25,598 bases of DNA from Candidatus Fermentibacteraceae bacterium (GTDB taxonomy: Bacteria; Fermentibacterota; Fermentibacteria; Fermentibacterales; JCC-6): NCBI GenBank assembly GCA_041686025.1, contig JAWLEP010000002.1, forward strand, positions 1 through 25,598, in the 5' to 3' direction. The position numbers were made by a program, and so were the translations under genes. Shown here in pieces: positions 20,273 to 25,598 of this stretch. Every line of letters starts with the position of its first letter. The stretch's first letter is position 1. Under the pieces are notes generated by a model that searched no databases, had not been told where the DNA came from, and saw nothing but the letters and a program-made list of their open reading frames with translations.

Positions 20273-20298
20273 AGATGACTCCTTCGGCTTTGAGGTGT

Positions 20299-20328
20299 AA
20301 TATAGGTTCCAACGGTGTCCGCCAACAA
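20299..20328 (-). promoter_or_regulatory. Possible promoter of the EIIA-guaB-carD-hflX operon
   Basis: Minus strand TTGTTG-N18-TATATT in the AT-richer divergent spacer. Confidence 0.3.
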
Positions 20329-20365
20329 TGCTCAGCGCCACTCATGAAGACATGGGACAGAGGCT

Positions 20366-22921
20366 TTGACACAAGATAGTAATAACCGAATCTCCGAGAT
20401 TGTCCAATTCCCGGGGCGGGGAGTCGATCTGGCCCGCTCGGGAGAGGGGGAGGCAAGCGTATCCGAGAGGGCGGCCGAGCTGGCGGGAGACCCGGACAGG
20501 CTGGTCCGGGCGGTGGAGGAGCTGGGCTCCGGCGAGTCGGTGCTGGTGGTGGACGGACGCTGCCTGCTGGTCTCGAAGACCGAGGTGGAGGAAGGCTTCG
20601 CGGCAACCGTAAGGGAGGCCGGCCGCGATGGCCTTCGCAGCCACCTGGACTACCGATACGGAAGCGAGTGCGTTCTCCTGGTGGACGGATCCTATCTGAT
20701 CCTGGGGGCATCCTCGGCAGTCGAGGAGGTATTCGGCCGGCTGGGCGAAGAGGCCCGGGTCTCGGCGGTGCTGGACTCGGCCTCCATGATGTCCTTCCAG
20801 GGCGCCTTCGAGGACGAGGTGCGGGGGGCGGAGACCTACCCGTTCACCGTAAGGGCCACCGACGCCTCGGGAGGGCTAATTGCCCAGGTGGTGAGGCTGC
20901 ATCGGCTGGCCGGCGCGGACACGCTGGTCAGAGTGCATCTCTACCAGCCGTCGGTGGACCTGGCCGATTTCTCACCGGCCGAGACCAGCTTCCTGGACAC
21001 GGTCATGCGCAACGTTCCCATGCCAGCGGTCCGGGTGAACAGGGAGGGCCTGGTCACCCGGGCCAACGACCCGGCCGTGAGGCTGGCCCTGGAGACCTCC
21101 GCCCGGGACCCCGAGTCCACCTACTTCTTCGACTGGGTCCATCCGGAGGAGAGGAACAAGGTGGTATCCCTCCACAAGCGGAGGACCAGCGGACACTACG
21201 CTCCCTTCAAGTACCGGGTGCGGCTCCAGCCCGCTTCCGACATAACGCTGCAGACCGAGGTCACCGCTCTCCAGCTCCCCGACGAGACGGAGACCCTGGT
21301 CTTCCTCAACCTGCTGGACCGGGCGGAGGGGCACCGCAACACCACCTCCTCGCACGTGCAGCACATTGCGGGGATGGCCGGGAACCTGGCGGAGTCCGAC
21401 GACGTCACCTCCGGGCTGCTGGACCTGATGCGGGAGGCGGTGAGCGCCGACGGCGCAGCCATACTGAGCACGGGCAGGACGCTGACATCCGGCAGCGCTC
21501 CGGTGACCCCCACCCTGAACGGACCGGGGCTCGCCAGCGAGATGCGCTGGGAGGAGGCCTCCGACGGCCTCTACAGCCTTGTGCTTCCCCTGAAGCATCC
21601 CGAGGGGCTGGTGAACATCCGGTTCTACGGCCTGCACTCCAACCAGCCCGACCCCCTGGCCCGCCTGTTCATCGGCCTGGCACCCGTTCTCACCGACATG
21701 ATAGTCACCAGGATGACCCGCAGGTCCGTCTCCTCGGCCATGTCCGGGGTGGTCTCCTTCTTCCGCGCGATGGCTGAGGACACCGACGACCTCGACGAGC
21801 TCATGGAGAGGCTGGCGGAAGCCTGCGGCGCCGACCGGGCGCTGCTCTCCATCGTGGCCGGGCCGGAGGCGGTGCTCAGCCCGGTGGGAGGCTTCGGATA
21901 CCCCGGGGCTCTTCCCTCCCTCACCCTGCACGGCGACTTCACCTCCGGCTGGGCCTACACCCACCAGGAAGTGGTCTACGTGCCCAACATGGCCCTGGAC
22001 AAACGCTTCTCGTCATCCTCCCCCGGCACGGCCAGCGAGCTGGCGATCCCCATGAACCTGCGGGGACGGACCATCGGCGCCCTGCTGGTGTCGTCCACGA
22101 AGCCCAGCGCATTCCCCAATCCCCTGCCCAGCCTCCTGCAGGTCCTCGCCACCGCCCTGGCCCTGCGGGTGGCCATGGAGCCGGCGGAAGGGGCCGGGGC
22201 CGAGGCCCGCTCCGGACAGCGCGGCAGGACGGACAGGGCCGAGATGGAGGCCACCCTGGACGAGATGTCCCGGAGGATACGCTCCTCGCTGTCCACCATG
22301 GACGGCTACCTGGACCTCATGTCCCGGGAGAGCCTGGGCCCGCTGGAGAAGGAGCAGTCGGAGGCGGTGGAGGCCATGACCAGGGCCATGGGGGGGCTGA
22401 GGGACTACGCGGGCAACCTGCTCACCTTCCTGAGGCTGGACCTGGGGCCGGTGGACCTCGACCCCGCCTGGTCGCATCCCTCCGACCTGCTCTCCTCTCT
22501 GGAGCCCCGGCTGACGGAGAAGGCGGCCCGCTACGGCGTGGAGCTGGACCTGGAGCTTCCCGAAGAGCCCTTCACCGCCTTCTTCGACAAGGCGAGGATG
22601 GAGCACATAGTGCTGAGCCTGGTGGACAACGCCGTCCGCTTCAACAAGCCGGGGGGCAGCGCTTCGATATCCGTCTCCCGGGAGGGCGAGAACTGGACGC
22701 TGGAGGTCTCGGACACCGGCAGGGGAATCCCCGCCGGGTCTCTGCCCTACATCTACGACCGCTTCTACTCCGAGGACCCCGAAGGCGCGGGAAGAAGCGG
22801 CCTGGGGATCGGACTGGCCGTGGTCAAGCGCTTCACAGAGGCCATGAACGGCACCATCAGCGTCTGGAGCCGCGAGGGCAGAGGGACGCGGGTCCAGGTC
22901 CGTCTCCCGGTATCGGGATAG
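20366..22921 (+). CDS. Cytoplasmic PAS/GAF sensor histidine-kinase-like protein lacking the H-box histidine
   Basis: PAS (DWVHPEER), GAF (VYVPNMALDKRF...SELAIPM...IGAL), HisKA-like MSRRIRSSLSTMDGY, HATPase_c N LVDNAVRFN, G1 VSDTGRGI, F IYDRFY, G2 GLGIGL. No obvious TM segment. Confidence 0.85.
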   Translation: MTQDSNNRISEIVQFPGRGVDLARSGEGEASVSERAAELAGDPDRLVRAVEELGSGESVLVVDGRCLLVSKTEVEEGFAATVREAGRDGLRSHLDYRYGSECVLLVDGSYLILGASSAVEEVFGRLGEEARVSAVLDSASMMSFQGAFEDEVRGAETYPFTVRATDASGGLIAQVVRLHRLAGADTLVRVHLYQPSVDLADFSPAETSFLDTVMRNVPMPAVRVNREGLVTRANDPAVRLALETSARDPESTYFFDWVHPEERNKVVSLHKRRTSGHYAPFKYRVRLQPASDITLQTEVTALQLPDETETLVFLNLLDRAEGHRNTTSSHVQHIAGMAGNLAESDDVTSGLLDLMREAVSADGAAILSTGRTLTSGSAPVTPTLNGPGLASEMRWEEASDGLYSLVLPLKHPEGLVNIRFYGLHSNQPDPLARLFIGLAPVLTDMIVTRMTRRSVSSAMSGVVSFFRAMAEDTDDLDELMERLAEACGADRALLSIVAGPEAVLSPVGGFGYPGALPSLTLHGDFTSGWAYTHQEVVYVPNMALDKRFSSSSPGTASELAIPMNLRGRTIGALLVSSTKPSAFPNPLPSLLQVLATALALRVAMEPAEGAGAEARSGQRGRTDRAEMEATLDEMSRRIRSSLSTMDGYLDLMSRESLGPLEKEQSEAVEAMTRAMGGLRDYAGNLLTFLRLDLGPVDLDPAWSHPSDLLSSLEPRLTEKAARYGVELDLELPEEPFTAFFDKARMEHIVLSLVDNAVRFNKPGGSASISVSREGENWTLEVSDTGRGIPAGSLPYIYDRFYSEDPEGAGRSGLGIGLAVVKRFTEAMNGTISVWSREGRGTRVQVRLPVSG

Positions 22922-22924
22922 GCC

Positions 22925-23959
22925 ATGTCGATTACCAGGTCCGACCTCTCCTACCACCTTCCCGAGGAGCTGATAGCCCAGGAGCCGGCGCCGCGGCGAA
23001 GCGGCAGCCGTCTGCTGGTGGTGGACGGGGGAGACGGCCTGACGGACGCCGGCTTCCAGCGACTGCCCTCGCTGCTCTGCCCCGGAGACCTGCTGGTGAT
23101 GAACGACACCAGGGTCTTCCCCGCCAGGCTCCGGGGGTCCAGGGCCGACACCGGAGGGAAGGTGGAGGTGTTCCTGCTGCAGACCGGCGAGGGGGGCACC
23201 TGGAAGGCCCTGATCCGTCCGGGGAGGCAGTGCCGGGAGGGGGTAAGGCTGCGGCTCCCGGAGGGGATTTCCGCGGAGGTGGTCCGTCCCCTGGGGAGGG
23301 GCAGGGCGCTGCTGCGGCTGGAATCGCAGCGGGGCCCCCTGGACGAGGTTCTGCCCGGCGCCGGGGAGGTGCCGCTTCCCCCCTACATCCGGCGGAGGCC
23401 GGTGGAGGCCGACTCGGACAGGTACCAGACTGTCTACGCCAGGCACCGCGGCGCCGTGGCCGCCCCCACCGCCGGGCTGCACTTCGACCGCCCGGTGCTC
23501 CGCGCCCTGGGGGAGGGGGGAGTGGGCACCGCCTTTCTGACGCTGCACGTGGGTCCCGGAACCTTCCAGCCCCTGCGGGAGGAGCGGCTGGAGGACAACG
23601 CCCTGGACCCGGAGGCCTACTCCGTGCCCCCGGCCACCTCCAGGGCGGTGGCGGAGACCCGCCGCCGGGGCGGCAGGGTGGTGGCGGTCGGGACCACCAC
23701 CACCCGGGTCCTGGAGACCCTGGCCCGGGAGGGCTGGCCGGCGGGGGAGGTCCGGGGTGAGACGGACCTGTTCATCTACCCGCCGTTCGAGTTCCGGGCG
23801 GTGGACGCCCTGCTCACCAACTTCCACCTTCCCGGGAGCTCGCTGATGGGTCTGGTGGCGGCCTTCGCGGGTCTGGAGAGGATCATGCGGGCCTACGAGC
23901 ACGCGGTGCAGCAGCGGTACAGGTTCTACAGCTACGGCGACGCGATGCTCATACTGTGA
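22925..23959 (+). CDS. queA: S-adenosylmethionine:tRNA ribosyltransferase-isomerase
   Basis: LPEELIAQEP, NDTRVFPARL, PLPPYI, YQTVYA, AVAAPTAGLHF, TLHVGPGTF, TNFHLP, YRFYSYGDAMLI. Confidence 0.97.
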   Translation: MSITRSDLSYHLPEELIAQEPAPRRSGSRLLVVDGGDGLTDAGFQRLPSLLCPGDLLVMNDTRVFPARLRGSRADTGGKVEVFLLQTGEGGTWKALIRPGRQCREGVRLRLPEGISAEVVRPLGRGRALLRLESQRGPLDEVLPGAGEVPLPPYIRRRPVEADSDRYQTVYARHRGAVAAPTAGLHFDRPVLRALGEGGVGTAFLTLHVGPGTFQPLREERLEDNALDPEAYSVPPATSRAVAETRRRGGRVVAVGTTTTRVLETLAREGWPAGEVRGETDLFIYPPFEFRAVDALLTNFHLPGSSLMGLVAAFAGLERIMRAYEHAVQQRYRFYSYGDAMLIL

Positions 23960-23966
23960 GGAGACC

Positions 23967-25280
23967 ATGGGACTAGCAGAGCGCCGACTGATACTGCGAA
24001 GCGGGGGCTCGGCCGGATGGCGGAGCCTGGTCCTGGGAGCGGTGGAGACCGTCCTGACCGGGGGCTGGGGCCTGCTTCTCTTCGCCGCCGTGAGGCTGAT
24101 CACCGGAAGGACTATCGCTGCGGCGGCCCCCGCCTGCTACCTGGCCGCAGTGCTCCTGGCCACCTGGGTGGAGCGCAGGTGCCGGTGGCGCAGGGGCAGC
24201 CCCCTGTTGTTCCTGGGCCTGGAAGCGGTGACCACCGCCGGAAACACCCCCGGGCCGTGGCGGACCTTCGCCAGGCTCCTCCTCACGCCTCCGTCCCTTC
24301 TGGCCGCCTGCGCCGGCTACCTGCCCCTGGTGGCGGGCCGCAGGGCCCTGCCCGAGATCCTGTCCGGGACCATGCTGCTGACGCTGCAGCCGCAGCTGGA
24401 CCCCCGGCCGGAGAGGGTGATGCGGGCGGAGCGGGCCCAGAGCAGGCGCCTGGTCCTCTCCTACTCCCTGCTCTCCCTGGCCGCCGGCCTGCTGGTGATG
24501 CTGGTTCCCGTCCGGGCCCCGGGGGAAGGCGGCACCCGCCATCTGGCGGAGGCCTCCGGACTGGGAGGGGAGGACGGCGCGCTGCTGGTCTACTACCTGG
24601 ACAAGGTGCAGCGGTACCCGGACAGCCTGGAGTTCCATGTCAGGCTGGCCAGCCTGTACTACCGCAACGACATGGAAGGCGACCTGGCGGTGGAGCTGGG
24701 GGAGATAGCCAGGCTGGACCCCCACCACCCCATGCTCCTTCTGGGACAGGACCTGTCGGTGGACATCCACCGGCTGCTGCAGCCGGACAGCACGGTGAGC
24801 GACTCCGCAGTCATGGCCGCGGTCTCCGACAGCGCCGCCGCCGATTCCGGCTCCACAGGCGGGGAAGCCTCCCCCGGGGATTCCGCCGCCGCCCCTGACG
24901 CGCCGGACTCCGTGGCTGCCCAGCCCGACGCTGAGGCCGACAGCGCCGCCGCCGGCAGGCAGGCGGCTCCCGACACCGCGGCTGCGGAGAGGGCCGACAC
25001 ACTGTCCGCCCCCGGCCCGCAACCGCCCTCCCCCGACAGCGCCGACTACGACGGGGCCCCTGAGGTGGAGCCCGCGCCGGCCGACAGCGCCGCGGCGGAG
25101 CAGCCCGGTGGCCGGCCCGACAGCCTGCCGGAGCCGCCGGAGACGGAGGCGGACTCCCTGACCGCACCGGAGACGGTAATGGAGCCTGCGGAGGAGGCCC
25201 CTACCCCGCCGGCGGGCGAAGACGGCCCCTCCCCGGAGGAGCCGCCGGAAGAGGAGGAGGCGGATGGGCAGTCCCCCTGA
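23967..25280 (+). CDS. Membrane protein: degenerate RDD-like domain + TM + TPR-like repeat + acidic Asp-Ser/Ala/Pro-rich tail
   Basis: SD GAGGAG; LGLEAV...G...RTFARLL...GYL...[11 protein letters not shown] resembles RDD; TPR-like [18 protein letters not shown]...ARLDPHHP; low-complexity tail. Confidence 0.65.
   Translation: MGLAERRLILRSGGSAGWRSLVLGAVETVLTGGWGLLLFAAVRLITGRTIAAAAPACYLAAVLLATWVERRCRWRRGSPLLFLGLEAVTTAGNTPGPWRTFARLLLTPPSLLAACAGYLPLVAGRRALPEILSGTMLLTLQPQLDPRPERVMRAERAQSRRLVLSYSLLSLAAGLLVMLVPVRAPGEGGTRHLAEASGLGGEDGALLVYYLDKVQRYPDSLEFHVRLASLYYRNDMEGDLAVELGEIARLDPHHPMLLLGQDLSVDIHRLLQPDSTVSDSAVMAAVSDSAAADSGSTGGEASPGDSAAAPDAPDSVAAQPDAEADSAAAGRQAAPDTAAAERADTLSAPGPQPPSPDSADYDGAPEVEPAPADSAAAEQPGGRPDSLPEPPETEADSLTAPETVMEPAEEAPTPPAGEDGPSPEEPPEEEEADGQSP
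24786..25160 (+). repeat. Intragenic imperfect repeat of D-(S/T)-(A/L/V/T) units
   Basis: In order: DST, DSA, DSA, (DSG), DSA, DSV, DSA, DTA, DTL, DSA, DSA, DSL, DSL within about 125 residues; DNA unit ccgacagcgccg recurs several times. Confidence 0.75.
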
Positions 25281-25598
25281 TGCCGGGCAGGCCCCGGGGT
25301 TCACCCTCCACGGATGCTCCGGCCGGGCGCGCCACGGGACCCTCCATCTGGCCCGCGGCCACGTGGAGACCCCCGTCTTCATGCCGGTGGGCACCCAGGC
25401 CAGCGTCAAGACGGTCCGCAACAGCGACCTCACTGCAATGGGCTACCACCTGATACTGGCCAACACCTATCACCTCTACCTCCGGCCGGGAGCGGAGGTG
25501 ATCGGCCGGGTGGGCGGGCTGCACGAGTTCATGGGCTGGGACGGCTGCCTGCTCACCGACAGCGGGGGCTTCCAGGTGTACAGCCTGGCCGAGCTGAG
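25264..25598 (+). CDS. tgt: tRNA-guanine transglycosylase, 5' part (runs off the window; absent from the ORF track)
   Basis: Manual translation from ATG 25264 after [24 protein letters not shown]...ARHGTL...[16 protein letters not shown]...[13 protein letters not shown]...GGLHEFMGW...[12 protein letters not shown]. Confidence 0.96.
   Translation, partial: MGSPPDAGQAPGFTLHGCSGRARHGTLHLARGHVETPVFMPVGTQASVKTVRNSDLTAMGYHLILANTYHLYLRPGAEVIGRVGGLHEFMGWDGCLLTDSGGFQVYSLAEL

Noticed and set aside
22900..22925. preQ1 riboswitch upstream of queA
   Set aside because: Only 3 nt separate the kinase stop and the queA ATG; no AT-rich aptamer.
25280..25400. tgt start at ATG 25280 (TGATG overlap)
   Set aside because: Out of frame with the TPVFMPVGT motif; the in-frame ATG with an SD is at 25264.

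Overview
High-GC bacterial chromosomal segment (about 70% GC in spot counts) with a low-GC left end (about 41% in a spot count at 481-600). A Por/T9SS-like C-terminal remnant and many D-(S/T)-X motifs hint at an FCB-superphylum organism; this is inference only. Gene order: (-) SAM-dependent methyltransferase; (+) degraded T9SS-CTD-like remnant; (-) GT-C-like membrane protein, soluble-adenylyl-cyclase-like cyclase-STAND-TPR protein, mazG, lpdA; (+) TPR protein, tldD, pmbA/tldE; then a long (-) run transcribed as PTS EIIA, C4 zinc-ribbon protein, guaB, membrane pseudokinase, carD, hflX, hypothetical, YbhN-like flippase; divergently (+) PAS/GAF pseudo-histidine kinase, queA, RDD-like/TPR/acidic-tail protein, tgt (truncated by the window edge). 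Most genes are housekeeping. The most unusual items are two catalytically degenerate kinases, one in each arm of the divergon; a tail with 12 Bacteroidota-type O-glycosylation sequons; a sAC-like STAND cyclase with altered specificity residues; hflX with no canonical start codon ahead of its N-terminal motif; and the low-GC methyltransferase abutting a secreted-protein pseudogene. No rRNA, tRNA, CRISPR or transposase was seen.
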